From a virus: a stretch of 64,000 nt of DNA. The position numbers and the translations under genes are program-made. Below, piece after piece: positions 19,804-29,070 of the stretch. Location: the IMG/VR virus record IMGVR_UViG_3300035698_027665, positions 35,354 through 99,353 of that record. One strand, written 5' to 3'. The notes beneath the pieces are model-generated. The model made no database searches, was not told the DNA's origin, and saw nothing but the letters and a program-made list of their open reading frames with translations. The first letter of the stretch is position 1; the number at the start of each line of letters is the position of its first letter.

Positions 19804-20342
19804 TGCTCCCCTAACATATCTAAATAAGCTTTTAACTCTACTTCATTTAGAATAGTTCCCTTAGCCAGTAATTCCAAATCGTGTTTGAAGTTTTTAATTT
19901 CTATATCCAAAAGTTTTATGTAAGGCACAGAGTTTGGTTCTTTTTCCCATTCTTTCTTGTACCGTTTTAATTTTCTCAATATTGTGAATCCTATCCACAA
20001 ATAAAAATCGTTATCAATTTCCATTTTAAAGTTATCGGCTTTTTCTAGTTCTAAATAAAATTCTTTATCATCAAAATTGTCTATCCAATTTGTGTAGTGT
20101 GTTAAAACTTTTAAATAGTCGTCTTCTGTAGGAACTTTTTCTTCGTCGAAATAAAAGACAGGTGGTTCTATTTCGACTATGGTTGGCGGTTTTACTTCGA
20201 CTATGGGAGAGGGGTCTATTATAATAGGTTTTTCAATAGACTCTGCTTTTTTGTAACTGTAAATAGAAATTATAGTTGTCGCTATAATTAAAAAAGGCAA
20301 TATTAATTTTATTATATTTTTTTTCATTTTGTTAGCAATCAC
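19800..20342 (-). CDS. Membrane-anchored hypothetical protein
   Basis: N-terminal TM, Pro-rich linker. Confidence 0.55.
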   Translation of the reverse strand: MIANKMKKNIIKLILPFLIIATTIISIYSYKKAESIEKPIIIDPSPIVEVKPPTIVEIEPPVFYFDEEKVPTEDDYLKVLTHYTNWIDNFDDKEFYLELEKADNFKMEIDNDFYLWIGFTILRKLKRYKKEWEKEPNSVPYIKLLDIEIKNFKHDLELLAKGTILNEVELKAYLDMLGEQ

Positions 20343-21166
20343 AAGAAAGGCGTTCCCGTTATTCTTAATGAAACGCCATCGTTTTCCAATGCGTTTATCC
20401 CTTCACTTGTAACACGTTTAAACCATATAGCTGCTATATCTCCGGGTTTTAAAGTTCCAAAAAGAAGTGGAGAACTCTCACTGGTATCTATAAAAGTTAC
20501 TTCAAAAGGTTCGATATTGTCAGCAGTTAACAAAGAAGCAGAAAGATTTATCGGACCTCCATTTATTGTTTTTGTAATTTCCACACTAGGGGCAGAATTT
20601 AAATTGTTCTCACTTAACTCCAATAATTGATGGTACCTATTGTTAGAATCTCCTTTAAAGGCAATAGTAAAAGTAGTTTTAGGGCCGACTGTCTCCACGG
20701 CGGTTACCTCCACGTCTGAAAGTTCAGAAAGTGAATTTATTGCATTTTTGAAATTCGAAGCCCATGTTGACAAATTAGAATTGTGGTTTACCGTAAATGA
20801 ATTTGTCGTATTACCGATATAATTAAAAACCATGTTGCCGCCTGTAGCAACGCCATCTACAACCACTTTTTGCGTGTCTGTAGCAAAAGTGGTTCCGATT
20901 TGCACACTGCTTCCGTTTTCCACTTGTGTCAAAATAAATATTTTGGTATTGTACAAATAGTCAGATTCACTAATGTTTGAAACATAAATACAACGATAGT
21001 CTATATTTCCTATTAAAGATTCATCAGGTAATACATCATCAAACAAATTGTTGGTTGAACCAACTACAGGCTCTACAGATGGATCGCCGCCTATAGACGC
21101 ATTGGGGGCAGAATTTGTTGTGCCGCCTGAAAGAAACAAGGCTATATCAGATGCGTTTATTGTCAT
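20339..21166 (-). CDS. Putative virion (tail/baseplate) structural protein
   Basis: SIGG, NNLFDDV, DYRCIYV, IWFKR motifs typical of phage structural proteins. Confidence 0.6.
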   Translation of the reverse strand: MTINASDIALFLSGGTTNSAPNASIGGDPSVEPVVGSTNNLFDDVLPDESLIGNIDYRCIYVSNISESDYLYNTKIFILTQVENGSSVQIGTTFATDTQKVVVDGVATGGNMVFNYIGNTTNSFTVNHNSNLSTWASNFKNAINSLSELSDVEVTAVETVGPKTTFTIAFKGDSNNRYHQLLELSENNLNSAPSVEITKTINGGPINLSASLLTADNIEPFEVTFIDTSESSPLLFGTLKPGDIAAIWFKRVTSEGINALENDGVSLRITGTPFL

Positions 21167-21456
21167 TTTTCCTCTTTTTTAAGAATGTATCTTATATTTC
21201 TCGGCGTATACCCTGTTAATTTAGCTACAGAATTCAAATTTAATCCTGAATCCGATAAAATTCTAACATTTTCATGATTTTTAATTTGTCTATTAGGGTT
21301 GACCCCAAAATTTTCTAATGTTCTATAAATTTCCCCTATAGATTTACCAGTTTGTGTTGATATTTCTTTTACACTTACAGCAGGGGATTTCGAATAAAGG
21401 GATACGATATTGTAATCCAAATTTGCATTTTCAACGAATTCTCTAAATTGTGCCAT
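21163..21456 (-). CDS. Double-HTH DNA-binding protein with capsid-targeting-like N-terminus
   Basis: MAQFREFVE; SVKEIS..TG.S..EIYR; VAKLTGYT.RNIRYIL. Confidence 0.65.
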   Translation of the reverse strand: MAQFREFVENANLDYNIVSLYSKSPAVSVKEISTQTGKSIGEIYRTLENFGVNPNRQIKNHENVRILSDSGLNLNSVAKLTGYTPRNIRYILKKEEK

Positions 21457-21487
21457 ACTTTATTTATTGAAGAAAACCAATATTCTC

Positions 21488-21515
21488 TTGAAATCAGAAA
21501 TAAGTTTATTAGACT
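21488..21515 (+). promoter_or_regulatory. sigma70-like promoter TTGAAA-N16-TAGACT
   Basis: Upstream of 21550 operon. Confidence 0.45.
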
Positions 21516-21549
21516 TAACAAATCAGCACTTCGGTGAACACATTACAGG

Positions 21550-22323
21550 ATGATTTTTGTGATAAGAAAAAAGAACATTAATTGGCGAAAACAAACAGGT
21601 TATTTATCTCAAGCTGTTAATTCGGGAATAGAATTTGCATTCGTTTCTGATGACATGCATCAATGTACTCCATTTGTTTATTGCAGGGATTATTTGCAAG
21701 ACGCCATTCAAGGCGTTCTTACAAATAAGAAGAAAACCATTTATGGTTTTAAATTTAACCCTCAAGATGAACACTTGCCTTCTGTTAAAAAAACTCAATT
21801 GATCGTTTGTAATTCAATTGATAAGTCATTCCATAAAAAGATGGCTAATTGTTTGGATTTTTTAAATCAAATTGAAACAAAGTTAAAAATCAAAAAAACA
21901 AAAATGTGTTTGTGCAATACGCCTCCTTTGAAATATAAAGCTGGTGGAGTTATTTTTATAAGCGGGAGCAAACGATGGATAAATAGTCCGCCTATGATTT
22001 CTTTTTACACTTTGCTAATTCGAATTGGGTTCGGATATAATCCTAAAAAACATGGGGATTACAAAAAATTTATAAATGGGATAGTATCCAATAAAATAAA
22101 TCCTTACATGTCCGTCGACCACTCCAGACTAAAAAATGCGTCTGCTGCCATTGATAGAATTTTCAACAACGGGGATCGTTGTATATTTCATAAAGCAATG
22201 GAAGATAATTATTGTGACAAAATAGCATTGTCAGTCATGCATAATTCTTGTGGGATTGTCGGTTTGTCTTTAGGAAATTGCAGAACACAAATGCCTAGAT
22301 GGTATAAAGGAGAAGATAAATGA
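21550..22323 (+). CDS. Hypothetical protein associated with phiEco32-type ligase
   Basis: CRDYLQD, WI.SP.MISFYTLLIR; coupled to ligase gene. Confidence 0.55.
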   Translation: MIFVIRKKNINWRKQTGYLSQAVNSGIEFAFVSDDMHQCTPFVYCRDYLQDAIQGVLTNKKKTIYGFKFNPQDEHLPSVKKTQLIVCNSIDKSFHKKMANCLDFLNQIETKLKIKKTKMCLCNTPPLKYKAGGVIFISGSKRWINSPPMISFYTLLIRIGFGYNPKKHGDYKKFINGIVSNKINPYMSVDHSRLKNASAAIDRIFNNGDRCIFHKAMEDNYCDKIALSVMHNSCGIVGLSLGNCRTQMPRWYKGEDK

Positions 22324-23258
22324 AGTTTTCATTTGGCAGTGATCCAGAATTTGTAATAGTAGATGAACATGATAATATTTGTAGTGCTATAGATGTTTTA
22401 AAAGGCTCAAAGGACGAGCCAGTTTTAAATGGCAAAAACAAGTTTTTTTACGACAATGTACTAGCGGAATGTACCATTACCCCTTCTAAAACTAACAAAG
22501 AAGCTGTAGAAAGTTTTCGAAATTCTTTGCTAATATTGTCAGACATGGCGAAACCATACAAAATCAAACCTTTAGCTTCTGCAAAATACAACAAAAAACA
22601 AATGCTTCATCCGATGGCGCAGAAAATAAATTGCGACAAAGAAATCTGTGCATATGAATTGAAAACAATTGAAGTAGATGAAGAAGTATTCAAAAAAAGC
22701 AATTTGAGAACCGCTGGCGGGCATATTCACATAGGTGGAAATATAGACGGTATTGAAATACTTTCTATAGTTAGAATGTTGGATTTGTTTTTGGGTATCC
22801 CTACTCTTTTTCTAGATAAAGACCCCACTAGCAAACCTAGAAAAGAATTTTATGGACAAGCAGGAAGATTCAGAACTCCAGAACATGGTTTGGAATATCG
22901 ATCTTTAAGCAACTACTGGACTGCATCTCCTGAATTGGTTTCTTTGATATTTGACATATCTAAATTCACATATGAATATGTTAAAAGTAAAAAGCACGAA
23001 AAATTCTGGTTTATAGATTTAGAAAAACTAGAAGACGAAAACGTATGGGCAGAAGAAGATTTTAATATAGCGGACTATCACATTTGTACTGGATATGATG
23101 CAAAATTATTAATAAAAACTATTGGCAATGCCGATAAAAGTGCGGCTGCTATTTTTATGAAAATGGTAGAATCTGAATTGCCAGATTCTATTTTTAGTAA
23201 AATCAAAAAGCTTTCTAATAAAAGAAAACCTTTTGATCTCTACAAATCTTGGTTTTAA
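22320..23258 (+). CDS. phiEco32-like COOH-NH2 ligase type 2
   Basis: GSDPEF, DNVLAE, AGGHIHIG, YGQAG.FR, EYRSLSNYW. Confidence 0.85.
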   Translation: MKFSFGSDPEFVIVDEHDNICSAIDVLKGSKDEPVLNGKNKFFYDNVLAECTITPSKTNKEAVESFRNSLLILSDMAKPYKIKPLASAKYNKKQMLHPMAQKINCDKEICAYELKTIEVDEEVFKKSNLRTAGGHIHIGGNIDGIEILSIVRMLDLFLGIPTLFLDKDPTSKPRKEFYGQAGRFRTPEHGLEYRSLSNYWTASPELVSLIFDISKFTYEYVKSKKHEKFWFIDLEKLEDENVWAEEDFNIADYHICTGYDAKLLIKTIGNADKSAAAIFMKMVESELPDSIFSKIKKLSNKRKPFDLYKSWF

Positions 23259-23267
23259 AGGACGAAA

Positions 23268-24023
23268 ATGAAAAAGATAAATAACGAATGGTCTATTTTT
23301 AGAGATGAAAATTCTGAAAATGTGGATTCTTGCGTTCTGGCTTTGCCGGGACGTTTTCAGTCAGGCAATGATTTTGCTTTAAGGCATTATGAATTAGGAA
23401 ATTTCAAAGATACTGTCGTCATAGGGATAACGCCAGAACATCTTGAGTGGTATCCTATGCCCAATGGTGCTTATGATCAGAGTAACGCCATAGACGGAAT
23501 CCCCTGCGCAGTAGACACAATTGTCAATGTGATGCATAAGATAGAGCAATACTATGGGGTTCCATCTGAAAGGATCATACTTTCGGGATACTCGGCGGGT
23601 GCTGTAATGGCTATTCAAACACTGGCATTACATAAAAAAGTTGCAGGAGTTGTCAGTTATTCGGGGGCTATATTAGACCCCGACAACCTGCCTTTAAGCG
23701 AAACTGATTCTCCGCTTCTTCTGCTTCACAATGAAGATGATGTTGTCTTTTCTTGGGAAGAAAGATTTCTCCCAATGGAAAAATCTTTGTTAAACAAAGG
23801 GTATAATCTTTTTACGAGAACGTTTGATGAAGGCAATCATCAATTGTGTTTCGACGATTACCTTATAGGAAACGCTTTCGCTTCTTATATATTAGGAAAA
23901 TATGATGAAAAAGAATATTTTTCGCCATATTTCAACTTCGATACGAGGTTGCTTAGATTGGTTGTAAAGAATTTAATAACAGAGTTGGAATCTAATTTGG
24001 GATCGCCTTCAATTGTCTATTAA
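23268..24023 (+). CDS. Alpha/beta hydrolase (phospholipase/carboxylesterase)
   Basis: GYSAG nucleophile elbow, D and H downstream. Confidence 0.8.
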   Translation: MKKINNEWSIFRDENSENVDSCVLALPGRFQSGNDFALRHYELGNFKDTVVIGITPEHLEWYPMPNGAYDQSNAIDGIPCAVDTIVNVMHKIEQYYGVPSERIILSGYSAGAVMAIQTLALHKKVAGVVSYSGAILDPDNLPLSETDSPLLLLHNEDDVVFSWEERFLPMEKSLLNKGYNLFTRTFDEGNHQLCFDDYLIGNAFASYILGKYDEKEYFSPYFNFDTRLLRLVVKNLITELESNLGSPSIVY

Positions 24024-24774
24024 TAGTTTTTCTCAAATGTGATATATCGTATTCTCTGCATTTTCCACAAGCCCATTCCCTTCCTATTGATGAAAATGCT
24101 TTTATTTCTGATATGTGATATCTTTTTTTGTAAAAATGAATATGATTGCAAACCGGGCATATGGTTTTAACATTACCCGGTTTGCAATCATAATTCCATT
24201 TATATCGTTTAGATTCTAGTTGTTCAAAAGCATCAACAGAAGATTTGTGATTAACAGAAAAAATCTTTTTCGAATCTCTATTTTTCTTTTTCTTTGTTTT
24301 TGAATTCAATTTATTAAACAAAGAAATTAAGCTATCAGGAAGCGGAGGGATTACAAAACTATTATTGTTAATCCATTCATATTTAACGTGCTTTTCGTGC
24401 ATGCTTGGCGGCATAACAGAAATGTGTCTATTTGCTCTGAATTCAATATTGTCACAGCTAACCCTTGTCAGGTTTTCAAATGGGTTAAGAAACAAATGAT
24501 GCTTGGATTTAAAGCTTAAATAGACAGGATGTGCATATCCATTTACCGCTTCATCTATTATTGCATTAGCGTTTGCATCATCCCCTTCTACATCAATTAT
24601 AGTTCCTAATAATATAGCAATATTGAATTGTTTATATCTTTTCATTTCACTTATAACAAATTCTTTATTCCAATTTTTCCAAGGAACTAAAGGCGATTTA
24701 GTACCCCAAGCAGTTGGGACAACTTGAAACCCCATTTCTAAATATTTTTTCGCCCAATCATGATTGTTAAACAT
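23992..24774 (-). CDS. Prim-Pol (bifunctional primase/polymerase N-terminal) domain protein with C-terminal Zn finger
   Basis: GFQVVP...K.P..W, NIAILLG, DVEGD, H, PPSMH; CPVC/CGKC. Confidence 0.7.
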   Translation of the reverse strand: MFNNHDWAKKYLEMGFQVVPTAWGTKSPLVPWKNWNKEFVISEMKRYKQFNIAILLGTIIDVEGDDANANAIIDEAVNGYAHPVYLSFKSKHHLFLNPFENLTRVSCDNIEFRANRHISVMPPSMHEKHVKYEWINNNSFVIPPLPDSLISLFNKLNSKTKKKKNRDSKKIFSVNHKSSVDAFEQLESKRYKWNYDCKPGNVKTICPVCNHIHFYKKRYHISEIKAFSSIGREWACGKCREYDISHLRKTINRQLKAIPN

Positions 24775-24917
24775 TAGTTTTTGCTTTTAATAGCTGCAAG
24801 TACTTCTTCTTCTTTTAAATCTCTAGGATGCTTGTTTTGCTTTTGTGCATATGAAACTATTTTAAGGAGAATTTTTTCTTCTTTTTTAGATGTCCAAAAG
24901 AAATTGTCAGTTGTCAT
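24774..24917 (-). CDS. 47-aa hypothetical protein (not in ORF track)
   Basis: MTTDNFFWTSKKEEKILL..., AAGGA RBS, TAATG coupling to Prim-Pol gene. Confidence 0.5.
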   Translation of the reverse strand: MTTDNFFWTSKKEEKILLKIVSYAQKQNKHPRDLKEEEVLAAIKSKN

Positions 24918-24966
24918 AATAAAAATCCTTTTATTGTTGGTGTTAGACAGCTAGAATATAGCGGAG

Positions 24967-26679
24967 TTGTTGAAAAAGTCAAGCAGCATAATTGCAAAAG
25001 GGTTGATGGAGAACGTCCTGTTCCCTTGTTTGTTAATTAAAAGCGATGAAAAAGGTTCAGGAGGTGGTCGTAGTAGCAAATTAAATGCTTTTAGCCTTTT
25101 GGTTGATGATCCTCAGACGCAGCAAGATATTGAATCTGATATTGTTATGCGTTGTCTAAAAGAGGAAGAATACTCTGGTGCAGTTACTCGTGATTCTTTT
25201 GATGGTTTCGTAGAAGAAATATTAGATCAGTATGGTTTTGATAAAATTGATAATTTAGAAGATGTAACAAATGCCCTTTGGGTTTCGTTGTGTAATAGGA
25301 CTAAGAAATTCATCGATGGTCTTGATGTTTCAGAGATTGACATTGATTTAATTCGTAGCGGCGATCCTATTGGTTGGCTTAAATATTATTTTACAAGTGA
25401 TTTGTGTGGTACAAAAACGTTTGCTGATATTCGAGAAGCTATTGGCAATTTGAATAGTGCTGACGAAAATAAACGTGTTCTTCTTCAAATGGCGATGGAT
25501 GGTAACGGTAAACCACATGTGAAAAGTAATTTAGGAATAGCGTTAAATAATTACAAAAGAAGATTAAGCGGTTCTTATGATCCTGTTTTCGATGCGGAAA
25601 TAACAAAAGAAAGACCTGATTGGTTTGAAAACAGTTCTGTTGTTGCTAAGAATAAATTGATCGAAATGGCAGAAAATGGAGAGAATAAACCTCACAGTAA
25701 AACTAAACTAGGAAGTTGTTTTGCAGAGTATATAAATGTAAATAGAAATACTTATGACTCTGTTTTTGTCGATAATATAAAAAAACTTTGCAACTGGTTA
25801 GTAAAATCCACTGACGTTAAAAAATCAGAGTTGTTAAAAATGGCTAAAAATGGTGACAAACGACCAAGTGGTAAAAATACTAAATTGGGAGTGGCTTTGC
25901 TTCATTACACAAGTAGTAATTGCACTGATAAAAAATTTAATGCTGAACTACGTAAGTGCCGTCCTGATTGGTTTGATAACACGGCCAGTGTTAAAAAAGA
26001 AGAATTTCTCAAAATGGCCAAAAATGGGGAATCTAGACCTGCCCAGAATTCAGCTTTATGTTCTTATACAAATAAAAAAAACGGTTCTTACGATCCTGAT
26101 TTTGACGCTAAAATAAGAAAAATAAGTCCTGATTGGTTTAAAAACAGTGCTGATGCAAAAAGAGAAAATATCTTGGAAATAGCTAGGGCTGGCGGATATA
26201 GACCTAACAGTAAAACCAATATAGGTATCGCCTTGAACAATTATACAAATAGTCGTAAGGGCAATAGAGGGTTTAGTAAAAAATTTAATGATAAAATAAG
26301 AAAACTGCGTCCTGATTGGTTTGAAAATAGTGCTAATGTTTCAAAAGAAAAATTGCTTAAAATGGCTAAAAATGGAGAAGCAAAGCCAAGTCAAAAAACA
26401 AAATTAGGACAGAGTTTATGTAATTATGTAAATTCAAATAGGGGTTGTTATGATCCTGCTTTTGATGCTAAGATACGAAAGCTCCGATCTGATTGGTTTG
26501 TGAGGTATTCAAATAGAAAAGAAGAATTGTTTATGGTGGCAAAAACTGGAGAAAAGAAGCCTCATTATAAAACAAAATTAGGATCAGCTTTGAAAAATTA
26601 TTTAACCAAATCATCAAGTTCTTACGATCCTGCTTTCGACGCCAAAATACGCAAACTCCGTCCTGATTGGTTTAAATAA
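24967..26679 (+). CDS. Protein with seven 55-61-aa helicase-associated-like repeats
   Basis: Repeats K..LL.MA..G..(K/R)P....LG..L..Y......D..F...IRK.RPDWF. Confidence 0.75.
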   Translation: MLKKSSSIIAKGLMENVLFPCLLIKSDEKGSGGGRSSKLNAFSLLVDDPQTQQDIESDIVMRCLKEEEYSGAVTRDSFDGFVEEILDQYGFDKIDNLEDVTNALWVSLCNRTKKFIDGLDVSEIDIDLIRSGDPIGWLKYYFTSDLCGTKTFADIREAIGNLNSADENKRVLLQMAMDGNGKPHVKSNLGIALNNYKRRLSGSYDPVFDAEITKERPDWFENSSVVAKNKLIEMAENGENKPHSKTKLGSCFAEYINVNRNTYDSVFVDNIKKLCNWLVKSTDVKKSELLKMAKNGDKRPSGKNTKLGVALLHYTSSNCTDKKFNAELRKCRPDWFDNTASVKKEEFLKMAKNGESRPAQNSALCSYTNKKNGSYDPDFDAKIRKISPDWFKNSADAKRENILEIARAGGYRPNSKTNIGIALNNYTNSRKGNRGFSKKFNDKIRKLRPDWFENSANVSKEKLLKMAKNGEAKPSQKTKLGQSLCNYVNSNRGCYDPAFDAKIRKLRSDWFVRYSNRKEELFMVAKTGEKKPHYKTKLGSALKNYLTKSSSSYDPAFDAKIRKLRPDWFK

Positions 26680-27344
26680 TGGCTATAGCTTTAAACCAAA
26701 AAAACTGGAACGATCCCAATAAGATTCTAGCAAGGACTGAGACAATCATCAGTCCTTACAAGAGGCTGTTCGGACACAACCTTCCAGAAGATAAACACTA
26801 CTGGTCAATGTGTGAACAATGCTCGACTCCAAATGGCACATTCCAAGAAGGATGCGAATTAGATCAAATCCTAAAAGAAGATATAATCTCTGTAAATCAG
26901 TTTCACGGAGTTGATTGGAATGAAGAAATAACAGAAGCCAATAGAAATGCAAACCCTGATGCCAATTGGTATCATGGCGATTTCCAAAGGACAATGAGTG
27001 AACAAAGAGCAAAAGGAAACTTTGATCCAGCAGTCATTAATGCAGACTTTACAAGTATGCAGGGCAAAGCTATGCCTTACATCGCTTCTATATTGAATCT
27101 TGCCTCATATTACGATGGAGAGTTAATGGTTATTTGCAATATGGTGTTAGGTTATCAGAGATTCCCTGATAGGATGGGCAATATTGATTTGGCAATTGAA
27201 AAATTAAATGAGTTGCCAATGTTTCGTCGTGCTAAAAGAAAGTGTAATTGGGAAGCAATGGATAATTCTTTTTATGAGTATGGTGGCACTGGCGATAAAC
27301 ACTCTACAAAAATGGCATCTATTATATTTTACAAAGAGGCATAA
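26679..27344 (+). CDS. Hypothetical, possible Rossmann/methyltransferase-like fold
   Basis: FHGVD, WYHGDF, INADF motifs; TAATG coupling. Confidence 0.5.
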   Translation: MAIALNQKNWNDPNKILARTETIISPYKRLFGHNLPEDKHYWSMCEQCSTPNGTFQEGCELDQILKEDIISVNQFHGVDWNEEITEANRNANPDANWYHGDFQRTMSEQRAKGNFDPAVINADFTSMQGKAMPYIASILNLASYYDGELMVICNMVLGYQRFPDRMGNIDLAIEKLNELPMFRRAKRKCNWEAMDNSFYEYGGTGDKHSTKMASIIFYKEA

Positions 27345-27346
27345 AC

Positions 27347-27637
27347 ATGGCAACAGGAGAAACAGCGTTAAAATTTTTATTGACGTTAATAAATAGAAGT
27401 TTTGTACCTTTTATTATAACTATTTTTTTAGTTGGTGGATTTGATATTATTCGCTTTTTTTACAATCCTAATTGGTTTGATAAAATAACTACGGCTGATT
27501 TTTGTTTTTTCTTATTCGTTTTTTCTACAATTGCTATTTTTAAAGAATGGATAGATTATAGAAAAAGAAAAAATACTGTGTATGAATTCCGTCTTATTGA
27601 AGGCAAAGACCTTTTGCCTCCATTGGATAAATATTAA
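27347..27637 (+). CDS. Two-TM membrane protein
   Basis: Two hydrophobic segments, GAGG RBS. Confidence 0.6.
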   Translation: MATGETALKFLLTLINRSFVPFIITIFLVGGFDIIRFFYNPNWFDKITTADFCFFLFVFSTIAIFKEWIDYRKRKNTVYEFRLIEGKDLLPPLDKY

Positions 27638-27669
27638 ACAGATTTCTATATTAGAAAAAGGAGCTTAAC

Positions 27670-27810
27670 ATGGCAACTAGAGAAGCAGCATTAAAGGCGT
27701 GGGATACACGCAGAGCCAATCAAAGAAGCGAGTCAGCACATAAAGCATGGAAAACCAGACGACGAAAGGCGGCTGCTAAGAAAGCGTGGGAAACACGCAG
27801 AGGAAATTAA
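27670..27810 (+). CDS. 46-aa basic peptide with three KAWxTRR repeats (not in ORF track)
   Basis: MATREAALKAWDTRRANQRSESAHKAWKTRRRKAAAKKAWETRRGN; AAAGGAG RBS. Confidence 0.8.
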   Translation: MATREAALKAWDTRRANQRSESAHKAWKTRRRKAAAKKAWETRRGN

Positions 27811-29037
27811 ATGAAAGTGATTCGGGGTTACAAAACTGAATTAAAACCAAATAACAAACAACGTTCTGCACTACTGCAACACGCAGGAACAGCCCGTTAT
27901 GTCTGGAATTGGGCATTAAATAGGATTGAGAGCAAAGTCTCTAAACCAAACGCTATCCAACTTCATAAAGAATGGAACGTATGGAAAAGAGATAATGCTG
28001 TCTGGTACAAAGAAGTGTCAAAATGCTCGCCTCAAGAAAGTTTAAGAAACCTAGAAAATGCTTTCAAACACTTTTTTAGAAAGTGTAAAGATAAGAAGAA
28101 AGGAAAGTTTAAAGGAAAAGCAGGTTTCCCAAGATATAAGAATAAACATAAAGGCATTGGTTCAAGTAGATTTACAGGAACAATAAAAGTTGCAGAAAAT
28201 ACTATTCAACTTCCAAGACTAGGAAAGTTAAGATTAAAAGAAAACAGTTATTTGCCAATTAATGCCAAGATACTGTCTTTGACAATAAGCGAAAAAGCAG
28301 GAAAATGGTTTGTGTCGATTCAAGTTGAGGAAAATATTCCAGAGCCAAAGGCTAAGAAAGAAAATGTAGTTGGAATTGATTTAGGAATTAAAACATTAGC
28401 GGTTTGTAGCGATGGAAAAGAATATCAAAACCCCAAAGCATTAAAAACTAGACTCAGAAAATTAAAGATGCTACAATGTTCAGCTAGTAAAAAAGTCAAA
28501 GGTTCTCAAAATAGGAAGAAAGCAAATCGTAAAGTAGCGAGATTGCATTATAAGATAGGAAACATTAGGAAAGATACATTACATAAAATCACTACAGAAT
28601 TGACGAAAACCAAGTCAATTGTTGTGATTGAAGATTTATGTGTATCTGGAATGATGAAAAATCATAAACTAGCTCAAGCGATTTCAGATGTTGGATTGTA
28701 TGAGTTTAGGAGACAATTAGAATATAAAGGAAAATTATATGGCTGCGAAATTCAAGTGGCTGATCGGTTCTTTCCAAGTTCTAAGTTATGTCGTTTTTGT
28801 GGTTGTTTGAATGACGAGTTAACATTAGCAGATCGAGAATGGACTTGTGCTTGTGGTGCTGTCCATGATCGAGATTTGAACGCTGCTAAGAATTTAGAAA
28901 GTCTCGCTGTCAGTTCGACAGAGAGTTTAAACGCTTGTGGAGAAGAAAGCTCTGGTAATAAGAATGTTATTATTGCGAAACTATCTTCTATGAAGCAAGA
29001 AGAAAACGTTAAATCTGCTACTTGTAGATTTTTGTAA
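27811..29037 (+). CDS. tnpB: TnpB RNA-guided endonuclease (IS200/IS605/IS607 superfamily)
   Basis: ARYVWNW HTH, GIDLG, VIEDL, CRFC...CAC, HDRDLNAAKNL. Confidence 0.95.
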   Translation: MKVIRGYKTELKPNNKQRSALLQHAGTARYVWNWALNRIESKVSKPNAIQLHKEWNVWKRDNAVWYKEVSKCSPQESLRNLENAFKHFFRKCKDKKKGKFKGKAGFPRYKNKHKGIGSSRFTGTIKVAENTIQLPRLGKLRLKENSYLPINAKILSLTISEKAGKWFVSIQVEENIPEPKAKKENVVGIDLGIKTLAVCSDGKEYQNPKALKTRLRKLKMLQCSASKKVKGSQNRKKANRKVARLHYKIGNIRKDTLHKITTELTKTKSIVVIEDLCVSGMMKNHKLAQAISDVGLYEFRRQLEYKGKLYGCEIQVADRFFPSSKLCRFCGCLNDELTLADREWTCACGAVHDRDLNAAKNLESLAVSSTESLNACGEESSGNKNVIIAKLSSMKQEENVKSATCRFL

Positions 29038-29051
29038 TTTTTTTGGAACGG
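27811..29051 (+). mobile_element. Non-autonomous IS607-like TnpB element lacking TnpA
   Basis: tnpB plus right end; no serine recombinase or Y1 transposase adjacent; left end not located. Confidence 0.6.
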
Positions 29052-29070
29052 TATAGACATGAATGTTTTA
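28900..29070 (+). ncRNA. Predicted TnpB omegaRNA (scaffold to AACGG right end at 29051, guide from 29052)
   Basis: ctgtc/gacag hairpin, tgaagcaagaa element and terminal ttttggaacgg resemble IS607-type right ends; 5' boundary approximate. Confidence 0.6.
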
